Of a stretch of DNA of 64,000 bases, positions 35,209 to 49,899 are shown one piece after another. The translations under genes were made by a program, and so were the position numbers. Origin of the DNA: the human T2T-CHM13v2.0 reference genome, Homo sapiens; NCBI RefSeq assembly GCF_009914755.1, contig NC_060930.1, one strand, 5' to 3'. The first letter of the stretch is position 1. Each line of letters begins with the position of its first letter. The notes under the pieces are model-generated. The model made no database searches. It was not told the origin of the DNA and saw only the letters and a list, made by a program, of their open reading frames with translations.

Positions 35209-38200
35209 ACAATAAGAACATATGGACACAGGGCGGGGAACATCACACACCGGGGCTGGCTGGGGGAGGGATAGTATTAGCAGAAATATCTAATGTAAAT
35301 GTCGAGTTGATGAATGCAGCAAACCAACACAGCACACGTATAAATATGTAACAAAACTGCACGTTTTGCACATGTACCCTAGAACTTAAAGTATAATAAT
35401 AAAAAAGTAAAAAAAAAATTTGCAAATTAATAGATGTGATTCATCACATAAACAGAACTAAATACAAAAACCACATGGTTATCTCAATAGATACATAAAA
35501 GGACTTCGATAAAATTTGGCATCCCTTTGTGCTAAGAAGTCTTGATAAACTAGATATTGAAGGAACACACCTAAAAATGATAAGAGCCAGATATGACAAA
35601 CCCACAGCCAATATCATACAATGGGCAAAATCTGGAAGCATTCCCCGTGAAAACCACCACAAGACAAGGATGCCCTCTCTCACCACTCCTATTAACCACA
35701 GTATTGAAAGTTCTGGCCAGGGCAATCAGAGAAGAGAAAGAAATAAATTGTATTCAGACAGGAAGAGATGAAGTCAAATTATCATTGTTTGCAGATGACA
35801 TGATCCTATGTCTAGAAAACCCCATTGTCACAGCCTGAAACTTCTTAACATGAGAAGCAACTTTCACAAAATTTTAGGATACAAAATGTATGTGTGAAAG
35901 TCACTAGCATTCCTATACACCAACAACAGTCAAGCCAAGAGACAAATCAGGAATGAAATCCCATTCACAATTGTCACAAAAAGAATAGAATACCTAGAAA
36001 CACAGGTGACAAGGGAAGTGAAGGACCTTTTCAAGGAGAACTGCAAACCACTGCTCAAATAAATCAGAGAGGGCACAAAGAAATAGAAAAATATTCCATG
36101 CTCATAGATAGGAAGAATCAATATTGTGAAAATAGCCATACTGCCCAAAGCAGTTTATAGATATATTCCCATTAAACTACCATTGACATTCTTCACAGAA
36201 TTTGGAAAAACTATTTTAAAATTCATATGGAACCTGAAAAGAGCCTGAATAGCCAAGACAATCCTAAACGTGAAGAAAGCTGAAGGCATCACACTACTCG
36301 ACTTCAAACTACACTACAAGGCTACAGTAACCAAAATAGCATGGTACTGGTGCAAGAACAGACACATAGACCAATGGAACAGAATAGAACTGGAAATAAG
36401 ACCACACACCTACAACCATCTGATCTCTGATAAACCTGAAAAAAACAAGCAATGGGGGAAGGATTGCCTATTTAATAAATGGTGCTGGGAGAACTGGCTA
36501 GCCATATGCAGAAAATTGAAACTGGACCCCTTTCTTACACCATATAAAAAAATCAACTCCAGATGGATTAAAGACGTAAATGTAAAACCCAAAACTATAA
36601 AAACCCTCAAGACAACCTAGGCAATACAATTCAGGACATAGGCACAGGCAAACATTTCATGATGAAGATGCCAAAAGCAACTATGACAAAAGCAAAAATT
36701 GACAAATGGCATCTAATTAAACTAAAGAGCTTCTGCACAGGATAAAAAGCTATTGTCAGAGTAAATAGACATCTATAGAAAAGGAGAACATTTTTGCAAT
36801 CTACCCATCTGACAAAGGTCTAATATCCAGCATCTACAAGGAACTTAAATTATAATAAATAAACAAACAACCCCATTAAAAAGTGGGCAAAAGACTGAAA
36901 CAAATGCTTTGTAAAAGAAGAATACTTATGGCCAACAAACATATGAAAAAAAGCTCACTATCACTGATCATTAGAGGAATGCAAACAAAAACCACAGTGA
37001 GATACAATCTCACGCCAGTCAGAATGGCTATTACTAAAAAGTCAAAAAAACAACAGATGCTGGTGAGATTGTGGAGAAAAAGAAATCCTTATACACTGTT
37101 GGTGGGAGTGTCAATTAGTTCAACCATTGTGGAAGACAGTGTGCCAATTCCTTAAAGATCTAGAGGCAGAAATACCATTTGACGCAGCAATCCCATTACT
37201 GGGTGTATACCCAAAGGAATATAAATCATTCTATTATAAAGATACATGCACACATATGTTCACTGAAGCACTATTCACAATAGGAAAAATGTGGAATCAA
37301 CCTAAATGCCCATCAATGATAGATTAGATAAAGAAAATGTGGTACATGTACACCATGGAATACTATGCAGCCATAAAAGGAAATGAGATCATCTCCTTTG
37401 CAGGGACATGGATGGAGCTGGAAGCCATTATTCTCAGCAAACTAGCACAAAAAAGGAAAATCAAATACTGCATGTTCTCACTCTTAAGTGGGAGCTGAAT
37501 GATGAGAACACGTGTACACATCAGGGGAACAACATACACTGGGGTCCATCAGAGGGTGGGGGGGTGGGAGGAGGGAGAGTATCAGAAAGAATAGCTAATG
37601 AATGCTGAGCTTAATACCTAGGAAACAGGATGATCTGTGCAGCTAATCACCATGGCACATGTTTACCTATGTAACAATCCTGCACATCATGCACATGTAC
37701 CCCTGAACTTAAAATAAAAGTTGGAAATAAACAACAAAAAAAGTACACTTTGGAGCAGAGACCTTTTCTTTCCATCTATCTCCAGATTTAAGACTCAGCA
37801 CTTTCTAAGAAATTATGTACCTTGAAAGTCTGTTTATCTCTGGAATAAATGAGTCTATATATTTCCTGGATATTGAAGACTTTAACAAATATAACAAGAA
37901 AAGAATAAGTGATTTAATATTTAGCTTTTTATTTTTAAAAGTATTCTTCAGAAAATTGCTAGAGGAAAAAAATCTGGCCTAATTAAATAACAATTTCTAT
38001 ATACTCTGTACTTAACTTTTCAGAGCTGCAACAGAACTGTCTTTTTCAATGTCACATAAACACTCTCTCCACAGTCACTAAGAAATTAAGAAAACCTCAT
38101 TTATTTTTCCAGGGCCCATTAACAAGTTCATATTTTATTTGTCTTTCTTCTCCATTTTCAGCTGCACTTTGCTAATAAGAAAAAGCTAACATTTTTTCTA

Positions 38201-40004
38201 GCAATCAAAATCTATTCACAATACTGATTTCCAATTATTTAAAGAATGAATTGCATTTTGCAATTTTGGCTGGTTTAAAAAGTGGATTCAGTAAATATCT
38301 TGCCTGGAAAAAGAGATAATAGGTTCATCATGGCTATTGTCCCTTAAGTCAGAGTTACACAACTGTAGTTTGTTTAATCCTTTTCTTTTTCTTGCCCTTG
38401 GTAAAGACATTTCATTAACATTTTAACTTATATGGAAATAAATTATTTTAGTTTGGAGCTTTAATAACCTACCTAGCGTGTATTTTCTGTGAGCCTGCAT
38501 TTTTTTTAATAAAAAAGATTCTAACAGGTTTTAACATTGGTTTTAATTTTGTATTCTTAACAGTGTCTACTGACCCACTGAAATTTTCAATACTGAGTTT
38601 GAGCCATGTTTATATTTTAAAGAAAGACCAAACCATTAACTGCATGGACTCAGGTTATAATAGAAGCAGATTCGTGTACCAGGTTTTACTCTGATATAGT
38701 GAAATAATATCATTCAAATGCAATCTTGATCATGAGTATCCCTCAAATCACCCTTTTTTAAGGGAACTTGCCAGAAACACTGCCATTTCCTTTCTGTTGT
38801 GTAGGAAGGGTACATGCCTCTGTCATGCACAGGTTTACTGGGTGTCAGTCCTGAATTTGGTAATTAAAAAAATTGATAATTAAAAATAATAAGCAAATGG
38901 TCTTTTAGAATTCTCTTTGGACACTTTCTTTAAAATTAGCTTTAAATATAAAATATCTGAATTTACTAAATAGCCAAATTAAACATCAATGACATTACAA
39001 TGTACAACAAAAAGGAATTTAGCTTTGCCCCTAGATGAAGAGAGCCACCTCAGCATTTGTCCCAGTGTCTTCATTGCCTGTTCTCCTCTTCCATCTTCCC
39101 ACATCTTTTTTATATGAACTGGTTCAGTGTTTACTAAATGCTAGTTATGTAACTGGGGTTTGCTTTTCTGGATACAAATGTATTTAAGTGTTCATTTTCC
39201 CTTTCTCCTGCAGTCACTCTAGTTGTTAACATTCTCTTTTCTGCTCCACTTTTTCTCTTCTTTATTCTTTATGTTAAATGACTCACTCTCGCTCCCGAGC
39301 CCCATCATGCTGTGGCCTCTCCTGCTCCTTTTATCTGCACTCACCCTTTCAGAACCACTTTCACAAGCTCACCCTCATGCCTGTTGAGTTGCACAAATTT
39401 GCTTTGAGCTCTCTGGGCTTTCCCTCTGTGCTGTTCATCTGGGCCCAGAGGTCGTATGTTTTGGGACCAGCTACCCTGTAAGGAGAGAGCTTGTGTCACT
39501 TGTTCCCTAAAGGTGATGTTCTTATTTATGTTATCCACCACTTAACACTTCATGTTCCCTCTGCAGTTTAGGTGGGAATGCCTACAGCCAGCAGACAGCC
39601 AGGTCATTGTGGACACTGGTACAGTCATTACATTATCCCATGGTCATTGATCCATATTTTCCTCTTTTGTCCTCTCTGAATGATATTATAGAAAGAACTA
39701 TTTTCTCCCTTTAAGAAACTAAAATATTTGTAGAGAAGAATCTAGCTGTCAAGCAACTCCCTTGAACCAAACTATTACTTTATAATGCTTTCTGGTCTTC
39801 TCCCTACACATCTTCATTGTAGCTAGGAAGCAGGTTTAAGGAATTATCTTTCAAAATTTTAAAAATTTAAATTACTTATTGCCCACTGCATGTAAGTTGC
39901 TAAAGATCTAGAATTATTAAAGGCTTACTGTAGGTTTCAGTGAATGTGAAATTCAAATAAAATTTAAGTGAAAGTCTCAATTACTAAGAATGATCATAAT
40001 CAGC

Positions 40005-40190
40005 TTGATTCATTCATTTGGTAAATATTTATTAAAAATTTTTAAGATAGTAGTTTAGATGCTGAATATATAGCAGTGAATGAAATAAACTCTTTGCCTT
40101 TGTGTAGTTTACATAATAGTCGGGGGGACAAGTAAAAAACAAATTAATATATAATGTAATGTCAACTGGTGAATATACGTGGAATGAAGA
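40005..40190 (-). mobile_element. L2 3' end
   Basis: attcattcatt...aaatatttatt...gcagtgaatgaaataaac. Confidence 0.6.
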
Positions 40191-40252
40191 AAAGGATATC
40201 TTAATTAAAATAAGTAATATATCGAGGTCAAAATTTCTTTTTGCAACCTTAC

Positions 40253-40498
40253 CACCAAATACAACTTCTATAAGCTACTCCTAAAACATGAACATTGCTT
40301 TGTCATGAGTTTTGTAATGGAATTTTTAGATCATAAACTTCTTGCTAAAATATACCATGCATAGGAAGAACCATACACCAAATACAACTTCTATAAGCTA
40401 CTCCTGAAACATGAAGATTGCTTTGTCATGTATTGTGTAATGGAATTTTTCCATCATAAACTTCATGCTAAAATTTACCATACATAGGAAGAGGGCAC
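40253..40498. repeat. 123-bp tandem duplication (2 copies)
   Basis: caccaaatacaacttctataagctactcct starts at 40253 and 40376. Confidence 0.93.
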
Positions 40499-41324
40499 AA
40501 ATTATAAAAGTGCAGCTCAGTGAATTTGTTTCACTAATGAACACACTGGTGTAACCATTACTCAGATAAATAAACAGAATAATTACCAATAGCTCTTCCC
40601 AGTCACTAACATCACCTCCCAAAAGCAACCACTATTTTTACTTCATGTCACTAATTAATTCTGTATGCTTTTAAACTTTAAATAGATGAAGTTGTATAGC
40701 CTTGGTTCTCTTGTGTTTGTTCTCTTTCATTGAGATTATCAGTGTTGTTGTGTGCAACAGTGTTTTTCATTCTTATTGCTGTTTAGCTTTCCCTTGTATG
40801 AATACATTATAATTTATTAATCCATTCTACTGTTAAAAAACATTTGTATTGCTTTCAGTTTTTGAGTAATACAAATAGTGCTACAATAGCATTCTTATAA
40901 ACGTCTTTTAAAAATTTTACTTTTTTTTCCTAGGGAAGATCACAGATGGCCATATAAATGTCTTTTGATGAACATATTTTTGCATCTTTGCAGTGCATAT
41001 ACATAGAAGTAGCAGTGCTTCATCATAGATTATGCATGTATCTAGCTTTAGTGGATATTGCCAAACTGTGATTACACTAAGTCACACTCTCAGAACAGGG
41101 TATGAGAGTTTAGTTATCCACATTCTGATGAACACTTGGTATGATTCTTTTCAATTTTATCTATTCTTATGATATCTCACAAGTTTTACTTTGCATTTCC
41201 ATGAGGAGTAATGATTATGAGAACATATTCACATTTATTCTCCATTTTAGATCATCTTTTATGAAGTGTCCATATGAGTCATTTGTCTATTTTTAAAACT
41301 GAATTATCCACTTTTTCTTTATTG

Positions 41325-41623
41325 TTTTATTTTATTTATTTTATTTTTAACTTTTATTTTAGGTTTGGGGATACATGTGAACCTTTGTTACATAGGTAAA
41401 CTTGTGTCATGGAGGTTTGTTGTACAGATTATTTCAACACCCAGATATTAACCCAGTACCCAATAGCTATCTTTTCTGTTCCTCTTCCTCCTCCCACCCT
41501 CCCTCTTCAAGTAGACGCCAGTGTCTGTTGTTTCCTTCTTTGTGTTCATAAGTTCTTATCATGCAGCTTCCACTTATAAGTGATAACTTGTGGTATTTGG
41601 TTTTCTGTTCCTGCATTAGTTTG
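41325..41623 (-). mobile_element. L1PA13-16-like 3' end
   Basis: ttttaacttttattttaggtttggggatacatgtg...acataggtaaacttgtgtcatgg. Confidence 0.85.
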
Positions 41624-42644
41624 TACTAATTAGTTTCTTACTGTTTTGTAGGAGCTTTGGGTACAAGACCTTTGTTGGCCAGATAAATATAAAATGTTTT
41701 CTTTCATTCTTTTTTTTTTTTTTTTTTACTTTTTAAGATGCCTTTTTTTGTTGTTCTTAATTTTAAGGTAGCTCAGTTGATTCATCTTTTCTTTCATGGT
41801 TAGTGCTTTTGAGGTTCTGTTGAAAATGTCTAATATAATACAATATAGTAAAATAAAATATAATACAAATTTCCTATGTTATTTTTTGAAGCTTTTAGTG
41901 TTATACACTCCATTTAAACTTAAAATACATCTGGAAGAGGTTTTCTTGATGGTGTAATGTAAAGGTCAAGATTTATATTTTTTCTCATGTAGGGATGTCA
42001 TGGCCTCAGCATCCTTTATTTAAAAATCACCCTTTTCTACTACATTTTAGTAGCTACAGTTTATTTAAAAAGCACCCTTTTCTACTATGTTGTACTACTA
42101 CTACCTTGTAGTGGCCTTTGTCATAAATCAAGTGACTGTATATGTTTTGTTTGTTTCTGTATTCTCTATTCTGTTGTATTGGTCTATTTATCCATCCTTG
42201 GGTTCATATCACACTGTCTGCAGGAGCAAGTACTCCAATTTTGATCTTTTCAAAAATGAGTGTTTGCATTTAAATTTAAATATTAGTGAATATATGTATA
42301 TATACACATGCACATACATGTACAGGCAGACAGACACCCATGCCCTCTAAAATTGTAATTATAATTGCATTTAGTCTATAAAATAATTTGAGAACAAACT
42401 GCATATTCACAATATTAAGCCTTCTCATCAACAAACAAGGTATTATTTAGACCTTTTTTCCGGTCTCACTATTTTTTTGCTTTCTGTACAAACATCCTCC
42501 AAATCTTTCATGAGATTTTTTCCTATGTCTTAAAGTTGTTTTTCAATGCTGTTTTGTAAAAGATACTGTTTTAAAATTTTTATTTTCTATGTGTTTATTG
42601 CTATTGTACAAATTTCAATTGATTTTCGCATGTTGAACTGGCTT

Positions 42645-43117
<473 letters not shown>

Positions 43118-43241
43118 GGATTTTCTATATATATAATCGTGCCATTTATGAATATAATCTCATTTCTCCCTTTCCAGTTCTTATTCCTTTTACACGTCTT
43201 ATTGAGCATACTAGGCCCTTTAGAGTATGTAGTTATAGCCT

Positions 43242-43609
43242 TGTATTAGTCTGTTTTCACAATGCTATAAATAAATACCTGAGACTGGGTAATTTATAGA
43301 GAAAAGAGGTTTAATTGACTCAGTTCCCCATGGCTAGGGAGGCCTCGGGAAACTTACAATCATGGTGGAAGGTGAAGGGGAAGCAAGCTTGGGCCTTTTC
43401 ACATGGCAGCAGGAGAGAGTGAATGAGTGCAGGAAAAACTGCCATTTATAAAACCAACAGATCTTTTGAGAACTCACTTACTATCAGGAGAACAGCATGG
43501 GGGAACCACTCCCATGATCCAGTAACCTTCCAGAAGGTCCCTCCCCCAACAGGTGGAGATTACAATTCAAGATGAGATTTGGGTGGGGACACAGAGCCAG
43601 ACCGTATCA
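43242..43609 (-). mobile_element. THE1D/MSTA (MaLR) solo LTR
   Basis: tgtattagtctgttttcac...gagactgggtaatttata...gatgagatttgggtggggacacagagccagaccgtatca; flanks agcct/accct. Confidence 0.9.
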
Positions 43610-44216
43610 ACCCTGTAATATTTCACTGTTTAACATGATGTTTCCTTTAGGTTTCTTTAGAAGCATATAACCAGATAAAATTAATTTAGAACATTACCAA
43701 ACTTTAAAGAAAAGATCCAGAAATGTTTTTGCAGCATTTATTGAGATAATCATATGTGACTGCACCTTCATTTTTCCCTCTTAATGTGGGGAATTACATT
43801 GATGTTTCAATTTAAAACCGAACTTTCATTCCTGAAATAAATCCAACTTGCTCTCAATGTATTGTGCTTTTTGCATAATTTAGATTTGAATTGCTAATAT
43901 TTTGTTAATGATATTTGCATCTATATTTATATGAGTGATAAAACTATAATTCTCCTTTCTTGTAATACCTTTGTCACATTTTGTAGGCAGTATGGATTTG
44001 GATATTGTTTTCATAATCCAGTCTGTCAATTTTAATCTTTTTGTTAGATTATTTAGTCTGTTTACATTTAATGTAATTACTGATATATTTGGATATACAA
44101 ATATAAATATACATATATATGTACTCTTGCTATTTTTCATTTGTGCCATCTGTTCTCTGGTAAAACTCTACCTCCTGTTCTTGATCTTCTTGAGCATATT
44201 AATTACAATTATTTTA

Positions 44217-44536
<320 letters not shown>

Positions 44537-44678
44537 ACAATTATTTTAAATTCAATTTTTAATAACTCCAAAATATGAATCAACTATGAATCCCTTTCTA
44601 TTAAATTACTTTCCCTATTCTTTTGTCTTCCCTTTTGGTTCTGGTAATTTTTGATTGGCTGCTAGATTTTTTGCATTA

Positions 44679-44999
<321 letters not shown>

Positions 45000-45279
45000 C
45001 TATATTTCTCTAAATGGGCCTTAACTTGTCCTCTGGAAAACAGCTAGGTAGAAGCAAATCACCTCAATTTAATAAGAGAACAAGGTGTCTTAAGGTAAGT
45101 TCAACGTTTGTAAAACTCTGTTTACTTCTGGGACATATCTCTCTAGGGGTCCCCAGATAAAGTCTGTGATGTTTGCTGGCCTTTCTTTCTTAGGGCAATC
45201 TACAAAAAACTTTGTTCTACTTTATGGTGACTTTCTACTTAGCTTCTCACCATGCACAGCTTAAGATTTGGCAAATATC

Positions 45280-45602
<323 letters not shown>

Positions 45603-45837
45603 TGAAGGGAGAATTAGTGTACATGTCGGGCTCATTTCTTCTCCTCAGATTCTTGTTTTCTTAAGTCCTGGCTGCCTGATCAGGCCTAAACTCAAATTCT
45701 TTATTTCCCCACCTCCTTGAGACCATTGAAAACTTTACTCATCCACTAATATTTTCTTCTTTATTGACCAGCCCCAGTGTCCTAAAGATTTGGCAAATGC
45801 CTAAAGGGAAAAATTGATACACAAGATATCAAGTTCA

Positions 45838-46045
45838 TGAACACGAAGTACCAACAGACGCTGGGGTCTACTTGAGGGTGAAGGGTGGGAGGAGGGAGAG
45901 GAGCAGAAAAAATAACTATTAGATATTAGGCTTCATAACTGAAATATGAAATAATCTGTGCAACAAACCTCTATGACGTGAGTTTACCTATGTAACAAAC
46001 CTTCACATGTACCCCTGAACCTCAAATAAAAGTTAAAAAAATCTT
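45838..46045 (+). mobile_element. L1PA15/16-like 3'UTR fragment
   Basis: gggtctacttgagggtgaagggtgggaggagggagagg...tacccctgaacctcaaataaaagtt; TSD-like t(a/g)tc(a/g)agttca. Confidence 0.85.
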
Positions 46046-47429
46046 TTAAAAAATGTCGAGTTCACTCTAAGAAGCTTCTTGTTTCTTTGGCTTCTTGTCC
46101 CCTTGAGTCTTGGCTGATTTGAATCTCTCCAATACCTTGAAAATGGTTTTCATTTTATGTTTTATTCAGCTTTTCTAGTTGTTTTTGGTGTGAGTGTTGA
46201 TTTGCTAGTAGCTACTTTGTCATAGCTAAAAATGGAAGTTGTAGTGGCGTTTTCTTTATAGAAAAATGATCAAATGACAGATGGTCATTAACCTAGTACT
46301 TAGAAAAAATACCAGAGAAATATCTTAATTAAATCTTAAACAAAATTAAAAATAAAGGATTGAATAGCTGAAGACTGAGATATTAAGCCAAAGAAAGTGT
46401 AATATAGGTCATAATTCATAAAAAATATGGAGGAGATGAAGATTATATTCTTCCAATATGAGAATATTAGACTGCTATCAAATATAAACATTAACAAAAG
46501 AGGTTGAGTAGTTTGTTAATGATCTAATCAAATTTAACAGACTTTTTTTTCCCAATGTCTTTTGTGAGAAAGGCTTTCATTTTCTTGCTCTTGAACAAGA
46601 GCTACCAATTATGGCTGTTGATTTTATTTTATCTGTTTTCAATGAGAAAAAAATCACAACTTTTTCTGTAGTGAGTTGTCAGGGGAATGCATGTTTCTAA
46701 CTGCAAGAAAAGCAAGACAGTTCCTACTATAGAGTGTCCTGACACCAGTTTGGGTAACATGCTTTTTCAGACCTGTGAAGAACAGATAAAAATAAAATCA
46801 CAACCTCAATGAGGAGCAATGTAAGTTTGAGAGAAATTTGAACAGGGTCAGCTGTTATAGCTCATATATATAATGGAATATTACAGACTTACATAACAGA
46901 GAAACAGAAAATAGAAAACAGTAATGTACATCAGGGCCAGCCTTCATAACCCCCAGATGATTTTACTCTCTGCTGGCTGTAGATCCCCTGAGGCTGTGTG
47001 TCCTACAGGCTTTGGGACTAAGAGGAGTTATGCTTTTGCAGGAGGGAGATACCAGTAAGTCACCTAATTATGATAAGTATTTCTGCATGTAGCTTTTAAT
47101 AGTATCTTTAAATACTGCTTTGTATATGCAGGGACTGAGATGCAAAGATATGTGAGACTGATTACCATCTAACGAGCATGTAAATATGGAGAGATTTTCT
47201 CCAGTCTGGTGGGTGACTTAAGGTAATAATAGATTATGAAGAATGGAGGGGCCAATACAACCTGAAGTTTAAGAAAAGTGTTTAATAAAAGATGGAGCAT
47301 AATTTTCTAACCTACTATATCAGTTGAGTCTTGTTCAGCAAGCATCTATTGAGCATTTATTATGTACCAGATATTGTATTTTGTGCTGCATACAAAGACT
47401 AATAATTTGTGGTTGGGTGTACCTTGAAG

Positions 47430-47644
47430 AGTGGTTTCTCAGCCTCGATATTGTCGAAACTTTGGGCCAAATATTTTTCTAGTGGGAGGCTGTCTAGAGC
47501 ATTGTAAAATGTTCAGCAGCATCACAGGCCTCTACCCAGTAAATTCTAATAGCACTTTCCTGCTAGTTGTGACAACCAAAAGTATCTCTAGACATTGCCA
47601 AATGTGCCCCAGAGGGCAAAATAATCCTCGGTTGAGAACCGTTG
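47430..47644. mobile_element. MER20 (hAT-Charlie)
   Basis: Terminal inverted repeats agtggtttctca.../ttgagaaccgttg; 8-bp TSD cctt(g/a)aag; core tgtgacaaccaaaa...agacattgccaaatgt. Confidence 0.9.
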
Positions 47645-47889
47645 CCTTAAAGAAAGTTAAATCAAGCGGAAGATACTGAGGAGTAAACAAATAATTTAAA
47701 TAATGCAAAAAGTGTGGTGAATGGGGAATGCAAATGTGCTTTGGGAGCAAAGAAGAGGGATAAAAAATAATTAACTGTTTTAGATCCAGGATGGAATGCA
47801 GAGAGGGTTATTGGAGGAGTATGAATTGATTTTGAAGTGTAAGAGAGATTTAGGTCTTTCACAAATGAGAATCAGTATATGTAACAAGA

Positions 47890-48100
47890 AGCAGAATGAA
47901 ACCTGAAATCAAACTGTCTGGATTCAAACTCAGCTCCATTTTTAGCTGGATAAATTTGGACAAGTTACTTTTTCCCCCAACATTCCCTCAGAAAATTAGA
48001 ATATCTCCCTCAAAGTTTGTTGCACAAATGGAATTAAAGAACCATGTGATGTGCTTAGCTCACCACATGTAATGAGCACTCAATAGCTATTGAATAGATA
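47890..48100 (+). mobile_element. MIR SINE
   Basis: ggattcaaactcagctcc...ttggacaagttactt...gtgcttagc...gcactcaata. Confidence 0.65.
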
Positions 48101-49476
48101 TTATTATTGTTGTTGTCATTGTTGTTAATAACCTTCCAGAAATTCTCTCAAAAATATTTATTCTAAAAGGATATAGTAAATGTCTGCTGCTATTGCACCC
48201 AAATCCAAATCGATGTGCAGATAAGTCCCCAAGCTCAAAGTTACATAGTCTTATTTAGGGTTGTGCCTGCATGCGTGTTTATGTTTTCAGCTGCGTAGTT
48301 TTTCCAAAGGAAAGCCATTTAGAAAGGAGCATTTGCCACAGAATTCAGTTGAGAATCCTGGCTACAGGCAAGAATCCTATAAAACTGACTGGAGAGGTTT
48401 TACATGTGAATTTGAAAGAAATGCTCTCTTGTTTTTATAGCATACTCCTTAAATAGAGGGATTAAAGAAGTATTCTAAAGAATCTGAAAATTACTAAATA
48501 GGGCTTGAATGCAAAATTGGAAGGAGAAATGCAGAGACTCAGCAAGCACATTTACTAAGTGAGACTTGACCATATGTTGCCTTCAGGACATTTATAATCA
48601 CTGAGCCAGACAAAATTCACCTTGTACTCAGTTACCCAAAACAAGCTTTCTGAGTATTTCTGGTTTTGTCACTTTTAGCTGAAATGTGGCCAATTACTGT
48701 TTAAGGGACCAAAGGAGATACATCTTCCTTCTGTGACTAAGACCTATGAATTACAATATGACTACACTGGGAATTACATTATGAATTACAGTGTGAATTA
48801 CACTATGCAGACTATCTGGGAAAACTAAGTATTTTATACCACTGAGCAGCATGAAAAATCTGGAACCATAAACAAATGACATGGTATCTAATATGTATAA
48901 GGTCTAGATATATGTGCCCTTTGGCCTACTGGATTTTCTCCATGAGCAAGAGCTACTCCGTTTCTCTATTTATAGTTCTTAGATAGACTACTATTTTACT
49001 ACTAGGAATAAGGTAGGTGGATTATTTTCCAATAAATGACATGCTTTTATTAAATATGATTAATCCATTACAGAATGGATCTTTATCAGTTTGCATATTA
49101 TTCCCATTTTGCATATTATGTCCTCCCATCTGGAGGCCAGTCATTGAAAGATTGAACAGTCTTGAAGTGGGTTGTTCCTGTTTATCTTACGGTCTAATTA
49201 AGCTCTTAGAAGAGCTACGAAAGGTGACAGACACATTAATTAAATGCTTTGGATATTACCAATATCTTTCTATGATGTGACAAGCAGGATTGCCTCAAAA
49301 TAACCCTGGCAGATTATAAGTGACTATACCCAAACTCAGCTTTTTATGGTTAGTTTCCCAAGGGATTGATGACTTCTCTCCCCAGCTTCCTATGAGCTGA
49401 AGGTCTCCAGCTTCTTGCTTTCTTATACAACTCTATACACAGCTGGAACCTCCAATCTGGACTCCTCTGCTTCAGC

Positions 49477-49783
49477 CCTGTGCTGTTCAATATGGTAGCC
49501 ACTAGCCACATATGACTGTAGAGCACTTGAACTGAAGCTAGTCTAAACTGAGATTGCTGAAAGTGTAAAATACACACTGTATTTCAAAGACTTTGCATGA
49601 AAAATATAAAGTATCTCAATAATTATTTAAAATTGGCTACATGCTAAAATGATTACATTTGAATATATTGGGTTAAATAAACTAGAGTATTAAAATTAAT
49701 TTTATCTGCTTTTAAAGTGTGGCTACTAGAAAATTTAAAGTCATGTTTGTGGCTTGTGTTAAGTTTCTATTGGATAGTGGTGC
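49477..49783. mobile_element. MER33 (hAT-Charlie)
   Basis: ctgtgctgttcaatatggtagccactagccaca...gtgtaaaatacacac...gtggctactagaaaatttaaa...ctattggatagtg. Confidence 0.88.
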
Positions 49784-49899
49784 TATATGTAGTCTGTTTA
49801 GTTTTTATCAATACTATTGCTCTCACCTTGTCCTACAAGAAAAGAAAGCAATAGAAGTCATTGTCCTGAACACAGACCCATACTATATGTTCAGCAGAG

